A stretch of DNA of 62,107 nucleotides, filler included, from Sphacelaria rigidula (GCA_964200075.2; 6 parts of 6 records of this genome joined end to end with filler, not necessarily neighbours in it), one strand, 5' to 3'. Shown: positions 25,261-38,838, numbered from the whole stretch's first letter. Notes: a model not told the origin generated them from the letters alone. Numbers and translations are program-made.

Positions 25261-28200
25261 CGTCCTTGCACCTCGTATGCAACATCATACATCACGGAGT
25301 CCATCGATCATACTCTTAGACCCGTTATCCATCAACCAGACTATAAACGCCTGCAATGCATTTTTCCCACGGCAGTCATGTAACGAGTCAAGGTAACAAT
25401 GTTGCCCGAAGTCTACAGGTAACATATCACCGAACAGTAAGGCACAATTGATGTAGAATAATGGTGAGGAATAACTGGTAGCATTAAAGTGGCAACAGTA
25501 CGCCGCATCAGGTTACAGAAAGATGGGATATCAGCCTGGTTCGTGAGCTGTGTAGGCGTTGTGCGAATTCATGTTTAGTGACGGGATGCACACGGCAGAT
25601 TGCACGCTTTCATGCCAGTTCAACAGCAACAGACAGTACATCAAAGTTTGATTTAAAACAGTCAAGGCATCGAATATCTCCAATTTTTAATGGGCACAGC
25701 AAGCTCCGTTTTAAGCAGGCAGCAGGATTGAAACGGCATCCCCGGACCATAGGATATAGACATACATATGTGCGCTTATTGCAAACACATCGTAGTTCGT
25801 CATAGATGCCGTAGAAACGCGGCTTCACGTGGACGAGAATAAGCGCTGCATGGATGCGGTAGCTTGACTCCCGCAAACAGCAATGAACTCAGCATCATTT
25901 CGGCATATATCGGGCTAAACAAACAGTCGAACGTTTCCGTTTCACAGCACTCACGATTCATCACATTTGCTCTTACCCAGATGCAGCATGAGGCAAGCCT
26001 TATCCACACGATATCCCGTAAACCGTGAAATGAATCCAAGCGAGTAGCACGATGTTATCAGCATGAGCCATCATTATCTTTTCTTTCCTTGGTTGTAGCT
26101 TGCCATGACAATAAGCAAGATTGGACGCTGATTCATCACCATCATCAAATTCTTTAAAACGCATGAATTCAAACTTGCCCAAACGTTGCATCCAGAGCGG
26201 CGGCGAAATAGGGTTCAAATATCCGCATTGTACCCTGAAATGTATACAGTGTGTACTGGCTGTACATCACATGCGGTGTCATTCAGGTCAGCTGACTCGG
26301 CTCAGGTTCCCTGTCAAGGCACGGTCCGCAGGCATTGCATGAGCTAACTCGCATCACAGCCACAGCCACAATTCACAACTGTAGCATAGTAGAGCAGAAC
26401 GGGTGTCTTGCCTTCGCGTGGAAACATCATTGCAAACTGTTGGCGGACCTCGTCAACTGAAAGATATGGATCATGCGTGCACAAAAATCTTGTGTCTGTT
26501 AGAGAGTATTTGTCAGACGCAGTGCTACTTGAGCTGAGCTGACTTGCACAGTAGGGGTGCGTACACCCAGCACCCGCTGCGTGGTATACAAAGCTAGCAT
26601 CAAGGTGTCTTATCTCACAGCAAAAAGACGATGTACAACCACACCTGCGCGTTGTTTGCAGTAAGCCTAGAGCCGCTTCATGACGCGGTGCGGAGACGAT
26701 GTCAAAGCATGTTGCACTTGTCGCTTTCTGATTAGGGTTTTTGAAGCCGCATCCCATAGTCTGTAAAGCGGGGGACGCTCACGTTGAAAAACGGAGGGGG
26801 AGGAAGCGGCGGAGAGAGAGACGCTCGTCATATATCCGAAGGCAACTGAAAGGAAGAAGCCTATCGAAAGGATGGCAGCGCGCAGGAGGATGGCATGAGT
26901 AGAGCCAAGAAGGTTCTGAGGAAGTGCTAGGGTGCGATTTGGTATTGATTGGTCCAGCTGAGTTGCCAGGAGAGCCTGCCAAAAAACGCGGCGCAATCAC
27001 TACTCGATACGGGAGAACTGTGAAAGGGCTGGTTCAAGGTTGGCCAGCCGCATCCAAGAAGAGGGGTCTAAGGACTTCCAAAACGTGGTGAGATGCGTGA
27101 GGAAGAGGCGCTGTGGCCATTGTCGTTTGGTAGACAAGCGCGTCTTGGTGTATGGAGAGCTGTTGAAATGCTGCTTTCTGATTGTTCATCATGTACAAAT
27201 GTCGTGAGTATGCTATATAACTGACAATTACCTCCGAATGATTGACTTCGCTGCGTTCGATTGAGACGACCTGTTAGAGTGTCGATGTGTAGGGTTGTGT
27301 AAGTTATCATTTTCTCTTGTGGAACATGACAGTGCATAGTCGTGTGTCACCCATAGGCGGACAAAGGTAGCATACATGTTAGTGACGATGTATACTGATA
27401 ATCGAGCTCATTTTTCTCCCGTTTAGTAGAACGTAGCTTGGGTGTGCTGTAGAGAAAGTACAGTACCACCTCTACCATGAGAAGTACAGTAGCAGGTGGA
27501 TATCAGGTTGGATCTCGTGATAATGGGTTGGAGGATGATTATTGGATGAGTAACATTTTGTGTCTGCAGGGAGAGCAAAGCAGGGGTCGATTCTGGTTCA
27601 ACGAAGACAGCAGTTTGTGTAACTGCTCGAGTCTTGAAGTCTCTGGAGCGCTTGACAGGGAGGAAGCCTCTGGAGCAAAACTGTGACCTTGTTCTGATTC
27701 CAGACTAGTCTACATACTGTGTAGCGTATAGCGGTGCATGGTAGTTTTTGTTTTGTGTAGGAGTTTATGAAGAAATTGGTGCAATGGACAAACTTCGAAT
27801 CGTTCAACTTCACCATGGACGCCTGGGGATCATCGTGTCGTGCTTGTCATGCATCTAAGCATTCACGCAGTTCTTTCCCCGTGGAATCTAGACATTATGG
27901 GCAATACCGTACGCGTACTGCAGACTGGTTATGCGTGACCGCCACACATCGACCTGCCATTGTGTCCGCATCACATGAGTACGCACAAACACTATTTATA
28001 CCACCCAACGCGGTAATTTGTCGCCTAAAATTCACCTCTCCATCCAGTAATCAGCACCAACGCTCTCGTCTTGAACACAGCTTCCCAGTGGTGTCGCTTG
28101 TCGGACCGGCGCTGCTTCGTGGGGAGCTCCCCGGTCGTGTGAAGTACCTCTACTTCGCGGCTAGTTCCAACTGAAATCTGATACTATGATTCTCGTATGC

Positions 28201-28709
28201 GGGCATCTTCGATCACATTTTCTTACCTTTTGACGCAACACTGAATATGTCGCAGTGGATGGCCATGTTGTCCGTCTGCTGCAACATGTTGCCATCGATG
28301 GTCGCGCTGTCTCTGTACGATTTCTGGATATGTCATACTACGGCCCCAAGTCCTCGAGTGAGAACCCTGCCCAGCTTTTGCGGCAGCATGAGGACCATGT
28401 TGGTCAGGCGCGTGCAGCGAATGTGCGTCAGGAACACTGAAATCTTCTTGAGGAGCCAGCGGTTTCTGATCTCACGCCTAAGCATATTGAGCACTGTTTG
28501 TGTGACAAGTTCTTCAACCATTCTCGTGATGTTGGGCACGAGAAATTGCTCTATGCGTTGCGCAAGCATGCGTCTCATGCATCGTTGAGTGTGGTGCACG
28601 ACAACGTGGAGGTCGAAATGGTCACACAGCATGTGTCTGTCGAAGAGAACAGGCACGATAGTGCACCCGTGGATCCAACAGCAGCTTTTTGCTCGATCGG
28701 CTGCTAAGC

Positions 28710-29870
28710 ATGCAGAGAGCAAGGGTGGACCCAGAACGTGCAGCAGAGGCCGTAGAAGCGGTACGCGGCGGACGCATGCCCTTCTGCGCTGCTGCAAAGA
28801 CCTTTGACATATCCATTGGTTCTCTTCAGAAGTGTGTCAGTGACAGCGTGGGCATAGCTGGTAGGGTTAGCCCGGGCACCGTGCTGTCGACAGCGGAATT
28901 CCATGGAAGATACTCTGAAATTTGCTGCAGCTCGTCATCTGGGTCTGGATAGAGATGACCTGAGACAGGCGGTTATGGCACTCTGCAGCGACAATCGACC
29001 GGTGCCATGGAACCCGGCAGTAGGCTCAGGTCGAAAATGGCTCGACTTGTTCCTTCAGAGGCACACGCTGCTAGCGAAGTGCTGCAGCCGCATCTACGAG
29101 GCCGACAGGGTTGCATGTAGGAGTTTTATGCGGCCTAGGAGGACTACGTGGATAGGGAAAAGCCAGCAACGGACTTCATATGGAACACAGACGAAACAGG
29201 TGCTTTCAAGTCTGTTAAGAGCCGTCCCGTTTATGTGATACAACGCATGTGTCTAGAGCTAGAGCCAGAGGGTGTTGCCGTGAAGTGGTATTTGTCTGCT
29301 TCGAATTATGCTGCGTTCGAAACGATATTATTCTCGCCGCGTTATAGCCTACGCAGCAGCACTTGGCGTTTGTCTGTGCGTATCATGTTACTGTCTCGGC
29401 TTTTTCTGTCGATTCTACTTGCTCATTATAGAGGTACGGCCTTTGCTGTCCGTAGAGGTGTTGCAAATACCGTCATGAGAGGTGGTGCAAGTACTGTGCG
29501 TACCATCCGATACTTGACGTACTGCTCGGTACCATACAGCAGTATCACGCTCTACCCCCGCCCCCCCTCTCCCCCCCCTACACACGTGGATATCTTCGCC
29601 GCAGGTATTACTCCGCAAGGGACCAAGGCGAAGAAGGTCATCGTCGAGAAAGGGTAAAAGGTCATCGGCACGAAGGGTTCCAACTCCCGCGAAAATGTTA
29701 CGGTCTTCGCCACCATCAATGCGGCGGGCGAGGTGACTCCACCGCTGAAAATGTTCCGAGGGCAACCAACGAGTGCAGCCGGCGTGGGTTAATGGCGAAG
29801 GTCCTCCGAGTGCGTTTTACGCTCCAATCGGATTGTCATTCATGCAAAGGTCCATGCTCATTAGCTAAAT
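28710..29870 (+). mobile_element. pogo/Tigger-like (Tc1/mariner superfamily) transposase pseudogene
   Basis: psq-type HTH (AVEAVRGGRMPFCAAAKTFDIS), CENP-B-type HTH (GRKWLDLFLQRH), then IWNTDETG, an intron at 29200-29604, and SRENVTVFATINAAGEVTPPLKMFRG. Frameshifts, a TAA at 29655, and 3' truncation. Confidence 0.9.
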
Positions 29871-31106
29871 ATTGACGTTCCACAAGCACGCTGTTGACAC
29901 TAGACCCGTTATCCATCAATCAACCTATAAACGCATCCTATGCATTTTTTCCACTGCAGTTATGTACCTAACCACGGTAACAATGTTGCCCGAAGTCTAC
30001 ACCACCCCCAAAGCTCGCTTACTACCAAAACGTAGTCAACTTAGAGCTTGATAAACTCACGCATCTTGTTGCCGAATTCTACCGTCATTTTTCACATAGA
30101 ATGGCAATCCCTACCGCAGTATACGATAACAGCCAAACAAAGTTGTCCAATTTCCGAATAACTCGCAAGAGATCCAAAACGTTCATCATGAACACGAAAT
30201 CACGCTACTTGCACCGCTCCGAACCATGTATACCAATCCAACAACGGCAGACGGACCTCGACTTCCGCCATCATTGATCACCGGTAGTGATATCGTTCTC
30301 AAACTCGATTTACCGAGTACATCCCGGAACGCACCCGGATATAACGTCCCAACTTGGATTTAGGACCGTCATATCCCATCAGTCGATCAACCGCGATGTG
30401 AAATGCAGTTCATGTCCCGACAGACTGGCAGCTCTCCTGCACCGCTTCCTTAAATAAACGGACACTCCATCAACATGATCCTTCCAAACGGAAATAAAAC
30501 ATTCGATCAAAAAACGTTCCATAGCCGAAGATCACTAATCTTAACCACAAGAAACTCTCGCGTTTCCCTTGCGCACATACGCGCCTGCGCATTTCGTAGT
30601 TACTGCTCATTTTTAACGCCAACAGCAGCAATGACCATCTCCTACAGTCTGTCCCCACGAACCGCACAAAGAGAACTAACTCCCCGTGTCAACCAGATCA
30701 GCACAGCACACCCGTCCCAAACATCCACGTGTACGCCAGAATTTTGCCCTGCGCTCGCGATACCATCATACTCGCTCAACAACTATGTTTATGCGCAGAC
30801 ATGACCACAAACCAGCAAATAAACGTCTGCTATGTATTTTATCCACTGTAGTAATGTACCCAACCACGGTAACTGTGTTGCCCGGAGTTTACTGGTACTG
30901 ACAAGTCGGCGAGACACCCTCGTTCTTCTTTTTCTACGCGTATACCGAGTCATCCTACGATAGCGGGGGGGGTATTTTGGGCCATTTGTCGCTCGAAATT
31001 TCGAGTNNNNNNNNNNNNNNNNNNNNNNNNNNNNNNNNNNNNNNNNNNNNTTAATTAATTAANNNNNNNNNNNNNNNNNNNNNNNNNNNNNNNNNNNNNN
31101 NNNNNN

Positions 31107-31916
31107 TTCTCATCCTCAATGAAAAGCACCATCCTCAACATAGATGATTGGCTGTTTCAACGAGAACCCGCTCAAGTGGTGGCTGCTGCATGCGCACAAG
31201 TTCCCACTAATTGCGCATGTCGCTCGGAACGTCTTGGCTGTTTCGGCATCGTCAGGCCGCTCAGAGCGAGTGTTCTCGCAGAGTGGGCTTGTCATGACGC
31301 AACAAAGAAACAGACTCAAGCCGGAACGACTTGCGACGCTGATGTTTCTGAACGGTTTTGGGAGGCGGCCGAGAAGTTTACTCGATCAGCAGGCACTTTA
31401 AAATATATTGACAGAGTCGATGCTGCGAGTAGTTGGCCGTGAGATCGTAAATTGTGCCCTTGCGGGAAGAGACGGAACAGTCGATGCAGTTGGTCATGGG
31501 ACATATATAACATGTGCTGTGGTTTGTAGTTTGTAATGGCCTTGCGAAAGTCGGAGGTTGCATGTCGTGATCGGACTTGGTGTTTCCGATTACTTGCCGT
31601 GGAAAAGGCGTTCCTTCTTGCACATCGCTATTAATAGTATAATGCGTGGATAACGACGACTTTCTCATTTCAATCATTTAATATTGTGCATCTAGCTCGT
31701 TGATTGTGACCCAAGGCTCCACTGCCCCCTTTCAGGCATGTGCAGCATGCATGTGGGGAGATTTGAGGAATGCCCATCGCTTGTTTTCCTCGAAATCCGT
31801 CTACGAATCGGATATCCGGATATCCGCCACTTGTCAATGCGCGGATTGATCCGGATAAGACTGCCCGAAATCCAAAATCCGCTTCGTTTCAAAAATTCAA
31901 ACGGAGCACAGCTCTG
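31107..31916 (+). mobile_element. hAT transposon 3' end: C-terminal dimerisation domain, subterminal repeats and probable TIR
   Basis: NPLKWWLLHAHKFPLIAHVARNVLAVSASSGRSERVFSQSGLVMTQQRNRLKPERLATLMFL at ~31165-31350. Clustered CGGAT/ATCCG motifs at 31795-31880. Terminus ...CACAGCTCTG, whose reverse complement starts CAG. Confidence 0.9.
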
Positions 31917-34900
31917 ATGAAAACCCTGAAGATTTCAAAATAAATATCGCCTACGGCATGGGACACGGGTTAGGGGTCCGTATGAACATAACGGACTTTA
32001 CTTATGGGACAGATGAAGTATGCGCCGTTACCGGCTAGTTTTCCTTCAACTCTGACTCTAAGATGGAAAAAAGATTTTCCGAAACTCTCCAATAATGTGT
32101 TCGTGAGATTGAGAGTAAAGGAAACGATTGAGAGTGAAAAGGTCAATTACTGGATGAACAGTTTATAGTTTCAGTTCCGAAACACTCTTCCACGAGGCCC
32201 GATACGCATTCAGCACTTTTTTGCCACTGAAGCCCTTGATATTTCTGAGTAGAATACCGACGTGTAGCTTTAAGCACACGCCAGTGTTACAAGCAAAAAA
32301 ACAAACACGCACACAAAATGAAAAATTGATCAAGTTGAAGCGAATGATTTAAACCCTCTCGATCAACGCTCTAGTCTCAATTTCACTTGAACATTGAACA
32401 ACCGATTCTAATTTTCGGGGTTGAAAACTCAAATGAGGTTCAAGTGGCATATATTTTTTGCAGAGATGGCGCGAAACAGTTACGCCGAGCGAAACCATCT
32501 TCCACCCCAAAAGCCTCCAGCAGTGAAGCACTTGTGCCTGGGTGCACTGAACGAATGCGGCGTACATGTGTGTCAATGACGATATCACCAGAGAGAGAAG
32601 CAACGACAGAGAGGAAGCGTCCTTTATGTGTCCTCGCTCGGCGATTTCCAATCGCTCGAGGGACTGGCACCATGCATATTACCAGCATGTACCCAATTTC
32701 TCATGTGCCGGTGCGCATGTTATATTGCTGCACAGCCCCCCCAAAAACATCGAAGTGCGGAGGGATGTCGTCTCTTCTTGTCTGTGGAGCTCACCAATGC
32801 GAAGATCGATTTCTCTCTGCCTCTCTTCTTGGACAGGACGCGCCTTTGTGCGCTGCAGAACACACGCCGTTGAAAAACAGGGCAATGTTCCCGTCACCGC
32901 TACTGTTCTATTTCACATACATGCCAGCACGGACGGTGCTGAGGCAATACCCGATCCACTCGCAACTCGGCGGGTGTTATTCGTCGATAATTTTACCCGA
33001 CATGTGACCCTGTGCATGCGCGACGATAAGAGCGTGCTACACGCCAGTTGGGGGGGTGTATGAGAGATCATACACTTGTGGAGACCTTCTTTCCATGCGG
33101 AGTGAAAAACGATACCTGCGGTGGTGACCTGACTGTTGCTGGCGTGGCGCATGGGGGTGCCTCCATGCCGCAATCTGGAGCACCCACTCGCTCTGCGGTA
33201 CACCGCGTTACAGTAGCTTTCCAGAATTCCCATGTGAGGAGGTCATACATGACAAGCTGAGGCGAGATACGCGTCACGAGGAACAAGAGTGCTTCATGAT
33301 CAAGCACTCGTCGTTGCATTTGAGACCCACGCCATGAACCGCCGACCGCAACGGTCTTGTGGCTTTCAAGCAACACTGGCGGCAGTACGGCAGGCAAACC
33401 AGATCACAGCTAGCTTTCGTTGCTCTACTGTACTGACTGTCGTTTGCACAGTGACCGCATCAACATGCAACGAATATTACAACGGCTATGAAAATAAAAC
33501 AGTTCAATTTTATCAACTAATTCCACACAAAACATCTACACGAAAAAGGACACCTACACTACGAAAGATCCGTACAGTATGAGACCGATTGAATTACAGG
33601 AGACCTACTTGTACCGGGATCTAAGAAGTCCCCGCGTGTGACCTCTTCGACTACTCTGCCACGTACTGATGTACACACAGAGTAGCAACAGCGAGTAAGC
33701 CGATAATCGAAAATGTCGCATAGAACAGAGATCAATCCCAAAATAGATCCACTGTCCGGAGTGCTGTTCGAAGAGATGCTCTACAGAGCCTGCGCACCGG
33801 AGACTGAACAACGCTAGGTAAGAAGATCCAAAAAAGACAAGGAGAACAAAAACGGGCAACCTGATGGCAACGAGGACGGGAAGAGAGGATTTATGACCTC
33901 CCTCGGGTTCTGGTCAAGTGAAGTCGCCATGGAAACACAACGAACAGGGCGTGTCTGGCCTACACACGGCATGTCGCTATCAGCAAAAAACAGATTCTGT
34001 TCAGAGTGTCCTAAAATCAACCATGAAAACATGGGATATCATCCGTACGTAGTATCCACAACAAACATCTGTACCAAAAATCCAACAGACGATATAATTT
34101 CGCCCTCAACGAAAAATAGCCGCCTGCTCTGTTCTTCTCCGCTGCAAGGTCCTTTCGAAGTTGACATCCTGACGCTCCCATCTGCCCTCACCAGCGTCCA
34201 TGGACAAACCAACTGCCCATCCTCCTTGGTGTCCATGATCCCCAAATAGTGCCCCCTCTGCTTCCTTTCGTGATGAAGCACTTCCTCCTCCGTTATGCAC
34301 TCCGGTTCTGGGCTGTGGTAAGTTTCTCGTCCAGGAGGCCCAACCAGACCTAACCTTTCCGTCGATAACCGCTCCTCCTCCATCTTTGTCGCCAAGGCCA
34401 GTCTACACACCCGCTCACCCTCCTTTCTATCAAGGGTATGCGTGCCAGCTGCGGTGTGTGGCCTGCCCCCGTTGGAGCAAGACCTGTATGTAGCAGATGC
34501 GCAGGTCCCCGGCTCATCAAGGATATTTGAGGTGATGATCTTATCATCATCGCCAACCCTTGCTTCGCCCCACCAGGCGTGAATTCGCATACGTAATGGC
34601 TGAGGTTTTAGAGTGGCAATTTTGTGCCGGTGGCAGTGTTCGAGTGCGGATGGGCTCGGCTGCCTACCAAGCGTCTTTGGATTCCTCATCATCGCTCTCA
34701 TTATTGGCAACAGCGGATAAAATCATCACCTCAAATGTCCAGTTTCCGGTCCGCTGTTCTCCTCCTGCTGATTCTTGGCGGCCTCCGTGCTGCAGTACCG
34801 CTGCTACTGCTTTCATCTTTTGCTGCTGGTGGTTGTTTTGTGCATGTGTGGTCGTGAGCTGTGGTACTGTGGTGCTGTGCGTTCGCGTGCAGTGCCATGC

Positions 34901-35243
34901 GCTGCGCTCGTCCATGTACCGGCTCTCTTGTGCGCAGATGGAAACAAAATGGTGTTCGTTGGACCGGCGCGTCTGCACAACAGCACCGTGAAACTGGTTC
35001 TACTCGACAAGCACGCTCTGTGAGCCGGCCTGTGCAGACAGAAATACGCCGGCTGTTATCTTTTACCCTGGAGTACTACATTCTAGTGCAGTGCTGGCTT
35101 GGTGTGTTACTTCCTCCGCGGTTATTGTGAATCACCAACAAATGCTTTGGGGGCCATTTTAGAACGAAAACAGGGAAAGTTTGCTCAAGTGGAGGCAGCA
35201 ACGGCGAACACGGCCTTTGAATCCATAGGTTTTGTGGTGTTTA

Positions 35244-35460
35244 TAGCCGGTCTCCCCAGTGGCTCAGGTAGTAACCTCGAAGCCTTCTGATGGTTGGATC
35301 GTGGGTTCGGATCTCGGAGCGATCGGGGACTTTTTCTCGCACAATGCCCAACAGGGGAGAGCGTCTATGTCGTGGGTACACAAAATTCGACCTGATGGTC
35401 GACGAGGACAAGGGACTACTGAACCCCTCCCGCGATAAAAAAAGGGAAGCACCGCAAAAG
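35244..35460 (+). mobile_element. tRNA-derived SINE-like element
   Basis: GTGGCTCAGGTAG (A-box-like) and GGGTTCGGATC (B-box-like). Homologous to 114-189 on the minus strand. Confidence 0.55.
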
Positions 35461-35598
35461 GAAGGTGGAGAACTAAAACGAAAAGAAAAAAAAACTCCTG
35501 TGTTGGCCTTCATCTTGTGTGACCCCGGCTGGTCCGACCACATATACCGAAAAGATATAGACCGTAGATTGAACGACAACACACACACGCGCGCGCGC

Positions 35599-36084
35599 GC
35601 ACGGCCATTTGGCTACCTCCAAATTTCTCCAGATCGGTCAACCTGTCGAGCCTCCAGAGGAATTGAACGCCTCCGGGATGAGATTTTTTGGCCATCTCCT
35701 AAGGAATAAACGCCTCAGGAGGCTCGTTTTTGCCTCAGGAGGGCCTGTTGCGGGTTAAGGGCAACGCCTGGTTAAGGGCAACTTTTCGCTTAAGGGCAAG
35801 CGGTCCGGATTAAGGGCAAGCGCCCCTGACTATGGGGAAGCGCCCCTGACTATGGGGAAGCGCCCCTGACTATGGGGAAGCGCCCCTGACTATGGGGAAG
35901 CGCACCTGGGTAAGGGGAAGCACACCTGAGTAAGGGGAAGCGCACCTGGGTAGGGGGGAGCGCACCTGGATACGGGCAAGCGCCTCTGATTATTGGCATC
36001 GGCCCGTAGCGACGGAGAAGCGATACACGTATCGTCAACATATTCCCGAATCAGCCGAAAAATGCCAAACTGTCTAGGGCGTGC
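35599..36084. mobile_element. Non-autonomous DNA element with a 20-bp tandem array (left copy)
   Basis: (CGCCCCTGACTATGGGGAAG)x4 at 35821-35900 plus variants. 35745-36084 is an inverted homolog of 36455-36838. Confidence 0.7.
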
Positions 36085-36087
36085 TAA

Positions 36088-36205
36088 GGACCCACGATAT
36101 GTGTGTCTCTGGCTCGTGGGTACACCATACAGGTGTCTCTCGCTTGTGGGCACACGATAAAGGTTAGGGTTAGGGTTAGGGTTAAGGTTATGGTATCGTG
36201 GATCC
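36088..36205. mobile_element. 118-bp MITE containing (TTAGGG)n
   Basis: TIRs GGACCCACGATA / TATCGTGGATCC (one mismatch), flanked by TAA and TTA. Confidence 0.65.
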
Positions 36206-36208
36206 TTA

Positions 36209-36451
36209 GTGTAATGCGTGAGAGGACCGCGTGCTTAGAGGACCGCGCCGTAGTTCAAAAGACCTCAGGATCGACGTTTTTCAAAACCAATCCGGCCAGT
36301 CCCTGCAGGTACTACGCCCCTGGCCATAACCCCGACACTAACCCTAACCCTAACCCTAACCCTAACCCTAACCCTAACCCTAACCCTAACCATGGGGATG
36401 TTCGAATTCCGATGCGGTCCTCTAAGCACGCGGTCCTCTCACGCATTACAC
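36209..36451. mobile_element. 243-bp MITE (PIF/Harbinger-like, TTA TSD) containing a (CCCTAA)n tract
   Basis: Perfect 38-bp TIRs at 36209-36246 and 36414-36451, TTA on both sides, telomere-type repeat at ~36338-36391. Confidence 0.8.
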
Positions 36452-36454
36452 TTA

Positions 36455-37020
36455 GCACGCCCTAGACAGTTTGGCATTCTTCGGTTGATTCGGGAATACG
36501 ATGACGATACGTGTATCGCTTCTCCGTCGCTAGGGGCAGATGCCAATATTCAGGGGCGCTTGCCCGTATCCAGGTGCGCTCCCCCCTACCCAGGTGCGCT
36601 TCCCCCTACCCAGGTGCGCTTCCCCTCACCCAGGTGCGCTTCCCCATAGTCAGGGGCGCTTCCCCCTACCCAGGTGCGCTTCCCCATAGTCAGGGGCGCT
36701 TGCCCCTAATCCGGGCCGTTCCCCCCTGACCAGGGGCGCTTCCCCATAGTCAGGGGCGCTTGCCCTCAATCCGGACCGCTTGCCCTTAAGCGAAAAGTTG
36801 CCCTTAACCGGGCGTGGCCCTTAACCTGCAACAGGGCCGCGCATCTCTCCGAAGGCATTCTGCTACCCCCGAATTCCTCCGGAGGGGTGGGCGCCCTCCA
36901 GATCGGTAGCGTTTGGTTTCCTCCAGAGGAGTTGAAGGCCTCCGGAGGCTTGTTTTGCCTCTGGAGTGCTGTGCATCCCTCCGGGGGCATTTTGGGGGGT
37001 AGCCAAATGGCCGCGTGTGC
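36455..37020. mobile_element. Non-autonomous DNA element with a 20-bp tandem array (right, inverted copy)
   Basis: Inverted homolog of the left copy. The outer ends share CGGCCATTTGGCTACC in inverted orientation. Confidence 0.7.
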
Positions 37021-37976
37021 ACACACACATGGTGGATGTGCATGTTCAACCCTTTGGGAATCCTCCCCTCCCGTCCCCGGCCCAGAGGCCTCATTATTTC
37101 AAGCGTTGACAAAGAAGAAGGGATGGGAAAGAAAATACCAACAAAACCATATTTTCGGCGGAAGGTCACAGAAAAATCCGCCAACATAAGTCATGCTCGC
37201 ACCAAAATTTCGCATCGGTGCGGTTGGATAAGTTTCATCGAATGAGGGGACGCAATGGGTCAAGTATGTTCAACTTTGTGCACACAGCAAAAACCAGCAC
37301 CGCGGCGTCTGAATTTCATACAACTAAAATCAGCACCACCTGTCTATTTTCTATATATGTAGTCGCGTGTGGCACTGCGGCACATATTTGCATAGGCGAC
37401 GCACTCCACCGGAGTATTGTTGTGCTGCAGTCCGGGGGTCGTACCCGCCCAACACTTGGCAAGCGTGCTAAGCCACATCACAGAAACAAAGTGGTATGGC
37501 TGAGCACATCAAAATTCCCTCACCACACGTGGAAGAATTGAGGTGCGATACAGTATAGACGAGATTCACCGCCAGCTGGAAGCGGTCGCGGGCCTGAAAA
37601 ACACCCCTTCCGCAAAATAGTCGTCCTCGGAAGCTGCAAACAATCAACCATATGTTGTTATAATAAATAGCACCTCGAAATGAGCACTTTTCCATTGCCA
37701 GTACCAAAAGGGTCAATTGACGTTATTCAGAAGTTGTTTCATGTTCATGTAAAAACGTTGTTCCATTTTGATTGATTAGTTGATTGATTGATTGTCGCAC
37801 TTTAACTGACCCCCCAGGGGTCCAGCCGTGGTCTCATAATAAACGTCCCCAAGATGAACGAAACTGAAACACGCTCTGAGAAAAAGAAGGAGCAGGAGAA
37901 AATAAGGGGGGTCGAGCAGAACGACATGGTAGACTAAGTCGTAACAAACAAAAGTAATAAAAAATCCAACACAAAA

Positions 37977-38417
37977 CACGGAATCTTACAAATTGGGGAT
38001 GGATCTTTTATTGGGAATGAGAAACCCGGAGAACTAACATCTTCGTATCCACACCAAATCGTTGAAATATGGCGTCATTTCTTCACCTACTGATAGCTAT
38101 TGCCAACTGCTACACGCCACAGAAATTCGGGTTTTGATCACCGAAACGTTGGGGTCCTAGGTGAAAAACCAATTTCGGAACCATTTTGGCGTCCGTTCGG
38201 ACACCCGGAATTCCCCAAAATTGGTTTTATCACCCAGGACCCCAGCATTTCGGTGATCGAAATACAAACTTCTGTGGCGTGTAGCAGTTGTCGATAGCTA
38301 TCAGTAGGTGAAAAAATGGAACCATATTCCAAAGATTTGGTGTGGATACGAAGATTTTAATCCTCCGGGTGTCCCATCCCCTATAAAAGATCCATCCCCA
38401 ATTTGTAATATCTCGTG
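37977..38417. mobile_element. Foldback MITE, ~440 bp, CACG...CGTG termini (copy 1)
   Basis: Near-palindromic, with ~200 bp arms. Confidence 0.85.
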
Positions 38418-38838
38418 TTACAAGCAAAGCACAGAAAGAAATGGATACTATACCGTAGTTTGAGGTAAACATGCTCCTTTACGGGTTTGGTCTGGCGATG
38501 AAGCACTTGACGTCGCTGGGCGTAGCTTTGCATTTGGTCATCGCCTTGTGGCTGCGAATGTCTGTCTACCATCCGGAGGATATTTTCATTTTGTGTGTTG
38601 GTATCCACGAACGGTGCTGGATGTTATTTGCGTTACTCTAAAATATGAACATTATCAGGTCGGCACACCACACGCTGGAGTACAACGAGAAAGAGCTGTA
38701 CCATTACCGTGGTGGCTGAATACCTCGGTAGATGATTCTACGGTCGAAAATCATTACTGGCGGAAGTCTTCAGAAAATAATAACGAGATGGTTTCACAAA
38801 TGATCGCATCGCAGTGCGAGGTCTAAGAGCTATACGAA

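Noticed and set aside
32700-33060. Possible SET-domain remnant on the minus strand (SGKIIDE...GNIALFFNGVC)
   Set aside because: Only a loose likeness to GNxARFxNHSC, with multiple stops and no clear ELxYDY motif. It would need an HMM search.
35821-35980. Regular 20-bp repeats resembling a CRISPR array
   Set aside because: Head-to-tail tandem units with no unique spacers, no cas genes, and a eukaryotic TE context.
36160-36391. True telomere or chromosome-fusion site
   Set aside because: The tracts are short and each is enclosed by MITE TIRs.
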